A stretch of DNA of 64,000 nucleotides from positions 2,048,001 through 2,112,000 of the forward strand of contig OZ244170.1 of assembly GCA_965216565.1 (NCBI GenBank), in the 5' to 3' direction. Shown here in pieces: positions 20,087-31,183 of the stretch. The position numbers were made by a program, and so were the translations under genes. The stretch comes from Bythopirellula sp. (GTDB taxonomy: Bacteria; Planctomycetota; Planctomycetia; Pirellulales; Lacipirellulaceae). Under the pieces are notes generated by a model that was not told the origin of the DNA, made no database searches, and worked only from the letters and a program-made list of their open reading frames with translations. Positions within the stretch are counted from its first letter, which is position 1. Each line of letters starts with the position of its first letter.

Positions 20087-21397
20087 ATGGCATTCTTTCC
20101 TGAAATCGACCGCATTCCTTTCGAGGGCCCTGAAAGCAAGAATCCACTTGCCTTCCGATATTACAATGCCGACGAGATGGTCGAAGGCAAATCGATGCGT
20201 GACCATCTCAGGTTTAGCGTTGTCTATTGGCACACTTTTCGTGGCCAAGGCTCCGATCCTTTTGGACCAGGAACGGCAGTGCGTCCTTGGGACGATGGCT
20301 CCAAATCGATCGAGAACGCCCAGAATCGAGTTCGAGTTGCTTTTGAGTTTATGGAAAAACTAGGCGCTCCGTACTATGCATTTCACGATCGGGATGTTGC
20401 CCCGGAAGGGGGCTCGCTCGCCGAGTCAAACAAAAACCTCGATGCCATTGTCGAAGTCTTGCAAGAAGAGCAACAGCGGACTGGGATCAAGCTCTTGTGG
20501 GGCACGGCAAACCTATTTAGCAATCCGCGATATATGCATGGCGCGGCGACGAGTCCCAATAGCGAAGTGTTTGCGTACGCGGCCGGCCAAGTCAAGAAAG
20601 CCATGGAAGTGACTCTCCAGCTGGGAGGTGAAGGGTATACCTTCTGGGGAGGACGAGAAGGCTATCAGAACTTGTGGAATACAAACATGAAACGGGAACT
20701 TGACCACCTGGCTCGGTTCCTGCACATGGCAGTCGACTATGCCAAGCAGATTGGCTTTAAGGGGCAGTTCTATATTGAACCAAAACCTAAAGAGCCGACA
20801 AAGCATCAATACGACAGCGATGCCGCCGCGTGCCTCAATTTTCTTCGGCAATACGATCTGCTCGACCACCTGAAACTCAATCTCGAAACCAATCATGCCA
20901 CGCTTGCAGGGCATACGATGCAGCATGAGATGGATGTTGCCGGTAGCGCGGGAGCACTCGGTTCGATTGATGCAAACACGGGTGACATGCTCCTCGGCTG
21001 GGACACTGATCAATTTCCTACCGATATCTATCTGACGAGCCAGTGTATGTACGAATTGATGAAATACGGAGGGTTTTCAACGGGCGGGGTCAATTTTGAT
21101 GCGAAAGTTCGCCGAGAAAGCTTCGAGCCCATCGATCTATTCTACGCCCACATCGGTGGAATGGATGCTTTTGCACGCGGGCTGAAGATTGCTTCGGCGA
21201 TGCGGGCCGACGGTCGATTGGAAGGTTTGCTCACCGAGCGATATTCCAGCTGGGATCGCGGGTTAGGAGCAGAGATCGAAGCTGGCGAACATAGCTTTGA
21301 TTCTCTGGAAAAACTAATGCTCGAAAAGGGCGAACCTGCTGCGAATGTCAGTGGCAGACAAGAGATGATCGAGAACCTCATTAATTGCTATTTGTAG
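20087..21397 (+). CDS. xylA: Xylose isomerase (class II)
   Basis: [38 protein letters not shown]. Confidence 0.97.
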   Translation: MAFFPEIDRIPFEGPESKNPLAFRYYNADEMVEGKSMRDHLRFSVVYWHTFRGQGSDPFGPGTAVRPWDDGSKSIENAQNRVRVAFEFMEKLGAPYYAFHDRDVAPEGGSLAESNKNLDAIVEVLQEEQQRTGIKLLWGTANLFSNPRYMHGAATSPNSEVFAYAAGQVKKAMEVTLQLGGEGYTFWGGREGYQNLWNTNMKRELDHLARFLHMAVDYAKQIGFKGQFYIEPKPKEPTKHQYDSDAAACLNFLRQYDLLDHLKLNLETNHATLAGHTMQHEMDVAGSAGALGSIDANTGDMLLGWDTDQFPTDIYLTSQCMYELMKYGGFSTGGVNFDAKVRRESFEPIDLFYAHIGGMDAFARGLKIASAMRADGRLEGLLTERYSSWDRGLGAEIEAGEHSFDSLEKLMLEKGEPAANVSGRQEMIENLINCYL

Positions 21398-21603
21398 ACC
21401 GGCAAATCTAAACCAGGCATATAGGCCTTGAGTCAGGCATCTCTCGAGGGAAGGGACCAGTCGCATCCGGTCGCAAGTTTGTTGCGGATGATTGGAGTCG
21501 GTACAATAGGAAACTGGTAATACGCACATCTGCAGTTGCTTTTATCGGGTGAGTCCGTTCCAAGACATCACCAGTCTAGTCGTCCAGCGCAGTTACGTTC
21601 CTA

Positions 21604-24600
21604 ATGCAACTAACTCTTAGTCCATCTTGCATTGCCTTTCGTCTGCTGGTTGGAGGGTTTGTTACTCTCGTAACTGTAGTGCTTCCCTGCTTTGGAGAAG
21701 GCGAGTCGCAGACGCCGGTTGATTTCAACAAGCACATTCGGCCAATCCTATCGGACGCCTGTTTTACTTGTCACGGGCCTGATGAAGATGCTCGGCAAGC
21801 GGAACTGCGACTCGATCACCGCGATTCGGCAATCGCAGATCGCGGGGGGTATGTCGCGGTTGCTCCGGGTGATGCTAGTAGCAGTGAACTCGTCCAGCGA
21901 ATAACTTCCAGTGACGAAGCACTCGTCATGCCTCCCCCCGAGTCAAAACGAAGCCTAACCGCTGCCGAGGTTCTTCTACTGCAGCGATGGATCGACGAAG
22001 GGGCCGTCTATTCCAAGCATTGGGCTTTTGTGCCGCCCGAACGGCCCCCTCTTCCCGACTTAGATGCTGAGGGCGATCGGTGGGTTCGCAATCCCATCGA
22101 CTCTTTCATTTTTCGCAAGCTTCAAAGTGAGGGCATGGTTCCCTCGGAACGGGCAGACCGAGCCACCCTAGTTCGACGAATGCATCTCGACCTTACCGGC
22201 TTACCACCAACACTAGAAGAGCAGGACACATTCCTAAACGACAACAGCTCAACGGCTTTCCGGACGAAAGTCGAGCAGTTACTCGCTTCGCCCCATTACG
22301 GCGAACGATGGGGGCGTCACTGGCTAGATGCAGCCCGCTATTCCGATTCAGACGGCTACGAGAAAGACATGCGGAGATCCAACTGGTTCTATCGCGATTG
22401 GGTCATAAACGCCGTCAACGAAGACAAACCCTATGACGAGTTTATCATCGAACAAATTGCTGGCGACATGTTGCCCGGAGCGGGCCAGGACGAGCTCGTT
22501 GCAACAGGATTTCTTCGCAACTCCATGGTTAATGAAGAGGGAGGCGCCGATCCTGAGCAGTTTCGCGTAGAAGCGATCTTCGATCGCATGGATGCCATAG
22601 GCAAAGCAGTCCTTGGGATCACAACGCAATGCGCCCAGTGTCATACGCATAAATACGATCCGCTGACGCACAACGATTACTATGGCATGTTCGCGTTTCT
22701 CAATAGTTGCTATGAGTCGAATATCACAGTCTATACCGCAGATGAACAACAACAGATCAGATCTATTCAGCAAGATATCGCAAGAGTTGAGCAGCAGCTC
22801 AGAGAATCGCGACCCAACTGGAAAGAGGAGTTGATTGCCTGGGCCAAGTCGGAACGACAACCTAAGTCGGCATGGCAAGTCCTTCATACACAGCGATACA
22901 ACTTCACCGGCCAAAAGTTCTCATTCCTAGACGATGGCTCGATTGTCTCTCGCAGCTATGCGCCACCAAATCAAGTGAATGACTTTGTCGTCGACTCACC
23001 CGTGGGCAGGGTCACTGGCTTTCGATTTGAGCTACTTCTCCACCCCGATCTCCCGCACGGCGGCCCGGGGCGATCGATCTATGGAACCAACGCGCTCACA
23101 GAGTTCGAAGTGGCCCTCCTCAAGGACGATGGTCAGGAACAAACGCTTAAGTTCGCCTCGGCTGCTTCGGATATCAATGTTAAGGAACGGCCGATAGCGT
23201 TCCCATTCATCGATGACCGTCAGGGTCCTGAAAAGCGAATCGTTGGCCCGATCCACTTTGCGATTGATAGCGATGACAAAACAGGGTGGACGACCAATTC
23301 AGGGCCCGCAACACGCAATCAACCAAGGAAAGCAGTTTTCGTTTTGGATGAGCCGCTAGAACTGGAAGGCGGCACTAGGCTCATCCTCCGGCTAAAGCAA
23401 AACCATGGCGGGCAACTAGGCAATCAGCGGCACAGTAACATCGCTGGGCACTTTCGTTTTTCAATTACAGACGCCAGTGCACCGGAGATCGATCTCCTGC
23501 CCGAAGATGTTCGTCAGATTGTTTCTCGGAAGGTGGATACCTGGGCAGCCAATGACTGGGACCGACTTTTTTCATATTGGAGAACGACACAATCCGACTG
23601 GGACTCTTCGAATAGCCAAATCAACGAACTGCTGGCTGCATACCCAGCCGGAAGAAGCCAGTATGTTGTTTCCCCGCTTCCCACACCACGCAATACATAC
23701 CGAATGGATCGAGGCGATTTCTTAAGCCCGGCAGAGGAAGTTGAGCCACATACTCCTGATTTCTTACATCCATTCGACTCCAGCCTTAGTCGCAATCGCC
23801 TGGGTTTTGCGCGGTGGCTCGTAGATCGCCGTTCGCCAACAACGGCTAGGGCACTCGTGAATCGAGTTTGGCAGCACTATTTCGGCAAGGGATTGGTAGA
23901 AACAACGGAAGATCTCGGCTCGCAGTCGCCGCAGCCATCGCATCCAGAATTACTAGACTGGCTAGCCGTTGAGTTTATGGAATCTGGATGGAGCCTTAAG
24001 CATCTTCATAAATTAATTATCAATTCAGCAACGTACCAACAACTTTCTACATCCAGCGAAGAGGATCGAAAAATCGATCCGTACAATCGTCTGCTTGCCC
24101 GGGGTCCTCGCGTTCGGGTCCAAGCCGAAATTGTTCGAGATATCGCCTTAGCGGCCAGTGGCTTACTCAATCCCAATCTGGGTGGGCCGACCGTTTACCC
24201 GCCGGCGCCGGCATTTATTTTCCTACCACCGGCCAGCTATGGTGTGAAACAATGGGAGACGGCGAACGGACCTGCCGATTACCGCCGGAGCGTTTACGTA
24301 CAAGCTTATCGATCCGCACAATACCCGACGATGCAAGCGTTTGACGCCCCTAATGGCAATACGTCTTGCGTCAGGCGGAACCGCTCCAATACTCCCTTGC
24401 AGGCGCTCACTGTTTTGAATGAACAGCAATACATGGAGTGCGCCCAAGCCCTATCGCAACGATTGTTGCAATCAACCAGCGCCGGAGATGCGGAGAGGAT
24501 CGAGACAGCTTTTCGTTTGCTTCTCAGTCGCACTCCTACCGACGATGAGATGACAACCCTCAACACGTTCCTGGACCAATGTCGTCGGGACATCGGCACT

Positions 24601-24732
24601 CAGGGGAACCAAGCATCGAAAATTGCTGGTTTCAGTAATAGTGAATCCGACAGTGACGCCAAGGAAGCTGCCGTCTGGACACTATTAGCCAGATGTTTAT
24701 TGAACCTCGACGAAACGATTACCAAACAATAG
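21604..24732 (+). CDS. Planctomycete cytochrome c + DUF1549/DUF1553 (PSD1) protein
   Basis: [59 protein letters not shown]. Confidence 0.93.
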   Translation: MQLTLSPSCIAFRLLVGGFVTLVTVVLPCFGEGESQTPVDFNKHIRPILSDACFTCHGPDEDARQAELRLDHRDSAIADRGGYVAVAPGDASSSELVQRITSSDEALVMPPPESKRSLTAAEVLLLQRWIDEGAVYSKHWAFVPPERPPLPDLDAEGDRWVRNPIDSFIFRKLQSEGMVPSERADRATLVRRMHLDLTGLPPTLEEQDTFLNDNSSTAFRTKVEQLLASPHYGERWGRHWLDAARYSDSDGYEKDMRRSNWFYRDWVINAVNEDKPYDEFIIEQIAGDMLPGAGQDELVATGFLRNSMVNEEGGADPEQFRVEAIFDRMDAIGKAVLGITTQCAQCHTHKYDPLTHNDYYGMFAFLNSCYESNITVYTADEQQQIRSIQQDIARVEQQLRESRPNWKEELIAWAKSERQPKSAWQVLHTQRYNFTGQKFSFLDDGSIVSRSYAPPNQVNDFVVDSPVGRVTGFRFELLLHPDLPHGGPGRSIYGTNALTEFEVALLKDDGQEQTLKFASAASDINVKERPIAFPFIDDRQGPEKRIVGPIHFAIDSDDKTGWTTNSGPATRNQPRKAVFVLDEPLELEGGTRLILRLKQNHGGQLGNQRHSNIAGHFRFSITDASAPEIDLLPEDVRQIVSRKVDTWAANDWDRLFSYWRTTQSDWDSSNSQINELLAAYPAGRSQYVVSPLPTPRNTYRMDRGDFLSPAEEVEPHTPDFLHPFDSSLSRNRLGFARWLVDRRSPTTARALVNRVWQHYFGKGLVETTEDLGSQSPQPSHPELLDWLAVEFMESGWSLKHLHKLIINSATYQQLSTSSEEDRKIDPYNRLLARGPRVRVQAEIVRDIALAASGLLNPNLGGPTVYPPAPAFIFLPPASYGVKQWETANGPADYRRSVYVQAYRSAQYPTMQAFDAPNGNTSCVRRNRSNTPLQALTVLNEQQYMECAQALSQRLLQSTSAGDAERIETAFRLLLSRTPTDDEMTTLNTFLDQCRRDIGTQGNQASKIAGFSNSESDSDAKEAAVWTLLARCLLNLDETITKQ

Positions 24733-24746
24733 GTATCAGTCTACCG

Positions 24747-26186
24747 ATGGCTTCTAATCCCTATCCCTGCAATCGCAACACACCCGCAATGGCCGATGCA
24801 CGGATGACGAATCGCCGTTGGTTTCTCGGTCAGTGCGGGGTCGGGCTCGGTTCTATTGCCCTCAACAGTTTGTTGGCAAGCGAATGTGAGGCATCTTCCA
24901 GAGACCCACTGGCACCGAAGCAAGCCCATCATCGTCCCCGCGCCAAAAACGTGATTTTGCTATTCATGGGAGGAGGTCCCAGCCAGTTTGAAATGTGGGA
25001 CTACAAGCCGGATCTTGAAAGACTAGATGGGACGATGCCTCCTCCGGAGGTTTTGGAAGGCTATCGTGCCGCGTTTATCAATCCGAATTCTAAGCTTCTT
25101 GGACCAAAATATAATTTCACCGAGTGCGGTGATAACGGCCTGCATGTTTCCGAACTACTCCCCTATACGCGAAAAGTCTTGCAAGACTTGTGCGTAGTCC
25201 GTTCTGCAACGACGGATGCATTCAACCATGCCCCTGCACAATTATTCATGCAAAGCGGCTCACAACAATTTGGACGTCCCAGCATGGGTGCCTGGACAAC
25301 CTACGGATTGGGAAGCGAGTCGCGCGACCTTCCAGCTTTTGTAGTTTTCAACTCCGGTGTCAAAGGCCCGAGTGCTGGTTCCGCGAATTGGGGTTCTGGA
25401 TTCTTACCGACCGTTCATTCAGGCGTTGAATTTCGTAGCAGCGGCGATCCGGTGCTCTTTGTTTCTTCTCCGAATGGGATCACTGACCATTTGCAGCGAA
25501 AGTCCATTGATACGATCAACGCTTTGAATCGCAAGAATTTTCAAATCTTCGGCGACCCCGAGATTGCTACCAGAATCAATTCCTACGAGATGGCCTACCG
25601 AATGCAAACGAGTGCTCCGGAAGCTGTTGACTTATCGAGTGAAACGAATCAAACGCTGGAGCTCTATGGAATCGACATGGGGAAACCGTCATTCGCCAAG
25701 AATTGCCTGCTAGCGCGTAGGCTGGTCGAGCGGGGGGTCCGATTTGTGCAGCTATTCCACGAATCGTGGGATCAACACAGCCATTTGACTGAGAAAGTGA
25801 AACGCAATTGTCTGGCAACCGACCAGGCATGTGCCGCGCTGATTACAGATCTAAAACAGAGGGGGATGCTCGAGGATACGCTAGTAATCTGGACCGGAGA
25901 GTTTGGTCGCACGCCAATGGTCCAAGGCAATGATGGGCGGGACCATCATCCCAATGCATTTACTATGTGGATGGCCGGCGGAGGGACCAAACCGGGACTC
26001 GTTTACGGATCGACCGACGACCTAGGATTTAACGTAGCAGAAAAACCAGTTCATGTTCACAACTTGCACGCCACAATCTTGCATCTATTGGGTTTGGAAC
26101 ACACTCGTCTAACCTACCGCTTTCAAGGCCGCGACTATCGCCTGACAGATGTTCATGGCGAAGTGATGGACGATCTTATAGCGTGA
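24747..26186 (+). CDS. DUF1501 protein
   Basis: Tat-like NRRWFL; GGPSQ, ARRLVERGVRFVQL, WDQH, GEFGRTP, GRDHH, RLTDVHG. Confidence 0.93.
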   Translation: MASNPYPCNRNTPAMADARMTNRRWFLGQCGVGLGSIALNSLLASECEASSRDPLAPKQAHHRPRAKNVILLFMGGGPSQFEMWDYKPDLERLDGTMPPPEVLEGYRAAFINPNSKLLGPKYNFTECGDNGLHVSELLPYTRKVLQDLCVVRSATTDAFNHAPAQLFMQSGSQQFGRPSMGAWTTYGLGSESRDLPAFVVFNSGVKGPSAGSANWGSGFLPTVHSGVEFRSSGDPVLFVSSPNGITDHLQRKSIDTINALNRKNFQIFGDPEIATRINSYEMAYRMQTSAPEAVDLSSETNQTLELYGIDMGKPSFAKNCLLARRLVERGVRFVQLFHESWDQHSHLTEKVKRNCLATDQACAALITDLKQRGMLEDTLVIWTGEFGRTPMVQGNDGRDHHPNAFTMWMAGGGTKPGLVYGSTDDLGFNVAEKPVHVHNLHATILHLLGLEHTRLTYRFQGRDYRLTDVHGEVMDDLIA

Positions 26187-26234
26187 CTCAGATCTCAGGA
26201 ATTAGATTGAGCAATCCATGTGGATGTTCTCGAT

Positions 26235-27272
26235 CTACTCCGCCGCATATTTGTCATATTCTTTAGCTATCTGTGCCTGTTTCTCATCCCCTCGGTGCAA
26301 GATCATTCGATAGCGAAACTGCAAAGAATCGTTTCCAGGAACAGTCAATCGAAGTGGACGCTTAGTGACGTCGCTATCGGGATCAGTGAAAGCCTCTTTC
26401 CCGAATGGGTTCGATGCGAAGAGACCATAGGTTCGCACGTGCCAACGTGGTTTGGGATCGAAACTATTCGGATGGCACAGAATTGCAATGCCGACTGTCT
26501 CGCCGTCCACGGGCCCATGGTAGTCGACCCACTCAGCTCGCTGTGCCCAAGCGTCGACATCGGTCTTGCCGGTACTGGTGATGATCTCCCCGCCCAGTTC
26601 GGCATCGACACGCATAGTCGGAGCTACTCGCACAGCAAAGAGTCCTTCTTTGCTATCTCCAATCCGCAAGGGGCCTGCCGAAGCCTTTAGTTCGACATGG
26701 CAGTCAATCCAGCGGAGCTCACTGGTACAGCCAAACCGAAACGTACGAGTATCGGAACACACGAGTTCGCCTGTTTTGCTCATCCAATCGTTCTTCGCCA
26801 CGATCGTAACACCATTGGAGTCTGACTTGACTTCGCTGAATTCACGATGCTTCACGGTTCCTATTGGAAAAGGACGAGTCTCATCTTTCTCTGGCTCGTG
26901 CCAATAGTCGTTGCCATTGAGCCCCTCGTAGCCAAACCACATCGATCGATGATGCAAATGGTCTTTTTCTTCTTGATCACTACCCTTGCCGACAGGGTAG
27001 GCTCTCGTCATCCGCTTACCCGTTGGGCCTACGAGAGGCCATAGCACCGGCCGAGTGCCAGAGAGAATGTGATAACGGGTGAACAGCTCATCGTCGATCA
27101 GGACGTTGACGCCGTGCGAATCTTCGGTGCAGGAGAACTTCGGAGTGGCCGCGGTCGCCACGGACACGCCAAAGACTGTTGCGAATAGAAGCACAATCGC
27201 CAGCAAATGCCTTATCGAACACGATAGTTGACTTGGAGAATGGCCTGGGTACTCGATCCGAGTTGGGTTCAC
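26235..27272 (-). CDS. DUF6807 ('PmoA-like') secreted protein
   Basis: RPVLWPLVGPTGKRMTRAYP, DHLHHRSMWF, WHVRTYGLFASNPFG. Confidence 0.8.
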   Translation of the reverse strand: MNPTRIEYPGHSPSQLSCSIRHLLAIVLLFATVFGVSVATAATPKFSCTEDSHGVNVLIDDELFTRYHILSGTRPVLWPLVGPTGKRMTRAYPVGKGSDQEEKDHLHHRSMWFGYEGLNGNDYWHEPEKDETRPFPIGTVKHREFSEVKSDSNGVTIVAKNDWMSKTGELVCSDTRTFRFGCTSELRWIDCHVELKASAGPLRIGDSKEGLFAVRVAPTMRVDAELGGEIITSTGKTDVDAWAQRAEWVDYHGPVDGETVGIAILCHPNSFDPKPRWHVRTYGLFASNPFGKEAFTDPDSDVTKRPLRLTVPGNDSLQFRYRMILHRGDEKQAQIAKEYDKYAAE

Positions 27273-28672
27273 AATTCTAATCCTAAGTAGTCGCGGGCGT
27301 TGCTAAAACAGATCCTACGCACCAAGCTGCCGACTAGTCCGAAATCATTCGGCAAAACTCCGTTCTCGAGCTCCGTACCCAACATGTTGCAGAGGCAACG
27401 TCGGAAGTATTCGTGTCTTGGGTAGGACATGAACGACCGAGAGTCGGTAAGCATTCCAACAAATGTAGACAACAGTCCAAGATTCGAGAGTGCATTCAGC
27501 TGCCAACGAATCCCTTCTTCTTGATCTAAGAACCACCAACCACTTCCAAACTGAACTTTGCCAGCAACTTCGTCGGTTTGATAGTTCCCTGCCATGGTGG
27601 CAAAGAGGTAATTTTCTCTCGGATTGAGGTTGTAGAGAATTGTTTTTGGCAGAGCCCCTTCGGCATCCAAGGCACCTAGGTACTTGGATAAACGCTGCCC
27701 CTGAGGCCAGTCGCCTATCGAGTCGTACCCAATGTCGCGTCCCACAGCGGCGAGCATTCGAGGGTTGTTGTTTCTTAAGGCACCCAGATGCAACTGCTTG
27801 GTCCAGCCCTTTTCAGCATCCCACCGCCCGAAGTGCATCATTAAGTTGCTGGCGTACTGCTCATGTTTTTGAGGATCGATCTCACCACCACGAAGTGCCT
27901 GATCGAAGATTTCACCAGCGACGTTGTCAGCACAGAAATCGGCATAGCAGTATTCCAGACCATGATCCGATAGACGGCAACCAATTTCGTGGAATGCGTC
28001 GTGGCGCTTTCTTAATGCGGTCAGGAGATCCTGGTAGGAATTGACCTCGACATCACTCACGCCTTGCAGTTTGGCAAGCCATGCCTGGAACTCTTGAGGC
28101 TCTGTGATTCTGAGTGCCGCGTCGGGACGAAACGTGGGATAGATTTTCGTCGAGAGGCCACTCTCGGCGATCGCCTTGTGTTCCGACAAATCATCAGCGG
28201 GGTCATCCGTGGTGCAGACACAGCGAACCTGGAACTTATCCAAAATTCCGTGGGCGGTGAACTCGTCCTTTTGCAACAAGCTATTGGCGTGCTTCCAGAT
28301 TTCTGGCGCGGAACTTTCGTTGAGGAGTTCATCGATGCCGAAGTATCGCTTCAATTCCAAATGCGTCCAATGGTAGAGCGGATTACGAAGCGTATTGGGA
28401 ACTGTCCCTGCCCAAGCCACAAATTTGTCGTACGGAGATGCATCGCCAGTGCAAAAACTCTCCGCCACGCCATTGGCACGCATGGCTCGCCACTTGTAAT
28501 GGTCCCCCTCAAGCCAGATTTCAAACAGATCGTTGAACCGACGATTCGAGGCTACGTCCTGCGGCGGCAAGTGGGTGTGATAGTCTAAGATCTGCTCGTC
28601 CTCGGCGTACTCGTGATAGAGTCGCTGAGCAGCCTTGGATTGCAGCAAGAAATCGTCGTGAATATAGGTCAT
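27269..28672 (-). CDS. uxaC: Glucuronate (uronate) isomerase
   Basis: DYHTHL, WLEGDHYKWRAMR, NPLYHWTHLELKRYF, GSGWWF, GMLTDSRSFMSYPRHEYFRR. Confidence 0.97.
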   Translation of the reverse strand: MTYIHDDFLLQSKAAQRLYHEYAEDEQILDYHTHLPPQDVASNRRFNDLFEIWLEGDHYKWRAMRANGVAESFCTGDASPYDKFVAWAGTVPNTLRNPLYHWTHLELKRYFGIDELLNESSAPEIWKHANSLLQKDEFTAHGILDKFQVRCVCTTDDPADDLSEHKAIAESGLSTKIYPTFRPDAALRITEPQEFQAWLAKLQGVSDVEVNSYQDLLTALRKRHDAFHEIGCRLSDHGLEYCYADFCADNVAGEIFDQALRGGEIDPQKHEQYASNLMMHFGRWDAEKGWTKQLHLGALRNNNPRMLAAVGRDIGYDSIGDWPQGQRLSKYLGALDAEGALPKTILYNLNPRENYLFATMAGNYQTDEVAGKVQFGSGWWFLDQEEGIRWQLNALSNLGLLSTFVGMLTDSRSFMSYPRHEYFRRCLCNMLGTELENGVLPNDFGLVGSLVRRICFSNARDYLGLEL

Positions 28673-29180
28673 AGCAATGAAGTAATTGGGGGAGAAATTA
28701 AACGCACTCCAAGGAATGCTAACTTAACATTCAGCAAGTGAATGGTGTGTTGAAAATATTGTGTACAGCTGGGCTCAGAGCGAAAGGGAAGAATCTCGCG
28801 TTCGATTCAGATTTCTTAGAAAACGCTCCTTGAGGTCGCGATTTGCGGTCGCTTTTCTGCAATCTACAAAAATAGACCAACCGCTAAGTATTTAGTTGTA
28901 AGAGACACGTGAGGCCTTCCCACGATACATAGAGCCATTTATTCCTGCGATAATCTCTCTGACTAGGCGAATCCCGGGAAAGCAGTATCAGTTCACTAGG
29001 ATTTGAAACCAGCAGAAGCCGATCACCCCGAAGTTACGTCGCGCGCACGCGGAACTCCGAAGGTCACGCAAGTTACCGAGATCTGAAGCATGCCACTGAG
29101 TCTTCCGTTAAGTGCTGGGAGCCTACTCTCTTCGCGGCACAGGCTTAGCCGCTTTCCCTTAAGCAAACTCCGCACCGGGC

Positions 29181-30992
29181 TTAGCCGCGAAAATATAAAT
29201 ACGCGGCCACAATGGCTACCAGCAAAGCGACCGATGCAAACACGTCCAGCCCGCTCCAGCTCTGCCTTGTTTCTTGCTTATGCTCTTCTGTCACCGTGCC
29301 ATAGGTTAGTCCGCTGATCTGATCGTAGTCGGGTTCGCTCGTGAGATAGCTAACCACGATCATCGCTGCGGAACTAACCAGAAAGATCAGCAGGCTGTAG
29401 TATTGAAAATAGATCTTGTTGACGACCCAGAAAAAAGAGCCAACATCGTAATAGGAGCTGTCATCGAAATACTTGGGTAGCGTGTCGACGGCAAGTCGAA
29501 ACACACCCATAGCGAATCCCACGATCAAGGCCGCCAAACATCCCTTGGCATTGAGCCGCTTCCAGAAGATGCCGAGGAAGAAAACGACAAATATCGGGGG
29601 AGCCAAGTAACCCTGCACCGACTGCAGGTAATCGTACAGCCCTCGCGACCCCTTAATCACTGGAATCCACGCCAGACCAATCAGTACCATCACGATCGTG
29701 GCTCGGCGGCCAACTCTCACAAGCTGATGCTCCGAGGCACCTGGCTTGAACTTACTATAGAGATCCATCGTGAACAGGGTCGAGCATGCGTTGAACACGC
29801 CGGCGAGCGAACTCATTAACGCAGACAGCAAACCAGCCACGACAATACCGCGGACGCCGGTGGGCAATACGTTTTTCACCATCATCGGAAAGGCCTTGCC
29901 GCTTTCGGCGATCTTCGGCTGACCATTCTCGGTACCACTTAACATCTCGCTGAAATCCATCGCGGCCAGCGTTGCATTGGCCTCAGTCGCCCCAGGGTCA
30001 CTGGTCTTTAGGATCAATCCCCAGCAGATCATCCCTGGAATGATAAAGATAAACACAGGCAGCAGCTTGAGAATTCCGGCAAAGATACTGCCGCGACGGG
30101 CCTCAGTTTCGTTTGGAGCACCCAGTGCTCGTTGCACGATATATTGGTCGGTGCACCAGTACCAGAGCCCAATGATTGGTGCGCAGAACAGCATCCCTAG
30201 CCAAGGATAGTGCCCTGGAAATTCAAAATACCAAGCCTTCTTCACCACGTCGCCAGCATCATTCGCCACTTCCACAGGAGACCAAACGCCTTCGATGCCT
30301 GTGGGCACTAGAGGCTTCCAAAGATTGAACTTGTCGTCGCCAATGGTTTCCTTCAGTTCCCCCCAACCACCGATCGCTTCCAATCCGTAGTAGGTGACCA
30401 GCGCGGAGCCGACAATCAGAATTACAGTTTGTACGGCTTCGGTGTAGGCGACGGCCCGAAATCCTCCCAACGTTGTGTAGACGCCGGTAATGAGCAGCAC
30501 CAAAATCGATCCAATCCAAAAGCTATCCAGTCGGCCAATTTGCATCTCGGGCAGCAACACCGAAAATACGATTCCACCAGCAAATATGCCAACCGCAATC
30601 TTTGTGACGACGTAAGCCACCAGTGAAATGATGGAAAGTACGTATCGAGCCGCGGGGGAAAACCGGCGCTCGAGGAACTCGGGCATCGTAAACACGCCAG
30701 AACGAGCATAGAATGGCACCATCACCCAGCCAAGGACTAGCAGGCACCAGGCATGCAGTTCGTAGTGAGCCATGGCCACACCGTCCGAAGTGCCAGAACC
30801 AGCCAGTCCAACCAAGTGCTCGGAACCAATGTTCGAGGCGAATATCGATGCCCCTACGATGAACCAGCCTAGAGAATGCCCCGCCAGAAAATAGTCAGCC
30901 GAGGTGTCCTTATTCTTCAGAACCACCCACCAGGTAATGCCCAGCAGCAATACAAAGTAGGCTGCGATGATTCCCCAATCGAGTGGCTGCAT
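29181..30992 (-). CDS. Sodium:solute symporter (SGLT-like, sugar)
   Basis: YFLAG, ASNIGSEHLVGLAG, TMPEFLERRF, WYWCTDQYIVQRAL, ALMSSL. Confidence 0.92.
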   Translation of the reverse strand: MQPLDWGIIAAYFVLLLGITWWVVLKNKDTSADYFLAGHSLGWFIVGASIFASNIGSEHLVGLAGSGTSDGVAMAHYELHAWCLLVLGWVMVPFYARSGVFTMPEFLERRFSPAARYVLSIISLVAYVVTKIAVGIFAGGIVFSVLLPEMQIGRLDSFWIGSILVLLITGVYTTLGGFRAVAYTEAVQTVILIVGSALVTYYGLEAIGGWGELKETIGDDKFNLWKPLVPTGIEGVWSPVEVANDAGDVVKKAWYFEFPGHYPWLGMLFCAPIIGLWYWCTDQYIVQRALGAPNETEARRGSIFAGILKLLPVFIFIIPGMICWGLILKTSDPGATEANATLAAMDFSEMLSGTENGQPKIAESGKAFPMMVKNVLPTGVRGIVVAGLLSALMSSLAGVFNACSTLFTMDLYSKFKPGASEHQLVRVGRRATIVMVLIGLAWIPVIKGSRGLYDYLQSVQGYLAPPIFVVFFLGIFWKRLNAKGCLAALIVGFAMGVFRLAVDTLPKYFDDSSYYDVGSFFWVVNKIYFQYYSLLIFLVSSAAMIVVSYLTSEPDYDQISGLTYGTVTEEHKQETRQSWSGLDVFASVALLVAIVAAYLYFRG

Positions 30993-31183
30993 GTAGATTC
31001 CTATAAATAGGGTGGCGAGACAGAACACAAATCAGCGAAGAGTTTTGAATTCTTCACTCGACCAGTTCAACCACTATAGCCCATGTTGATGCTGAAATCA
31101 TGCAGGTTCGTTGCTGTTCAACCAAGATTTATTCCACGAATTCTACGTGGCGAAACCACGAACAAGACAACACAAATCGAACC

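Noticed and set aside
26235..27272. Methane monooxygenase
   Set aside because: The 'PmoA' label for this family is nominal; this is a soluble secreted protein without pmoBC.
28673..29180. ncRNA or riboswitch in the long uxaC leader
   Set aside because: No recognisable conserved structure by eye. An Rfam/Infernal scan would be needed to decide.
29181..30992. SSS symporter as importer for the aminomutase substrate
   Set aside because: It has SGLT-like sugar motifs, sits next to uxaC, and is separated from the transaminase by ~190 bp. More likely a sugar transporter.
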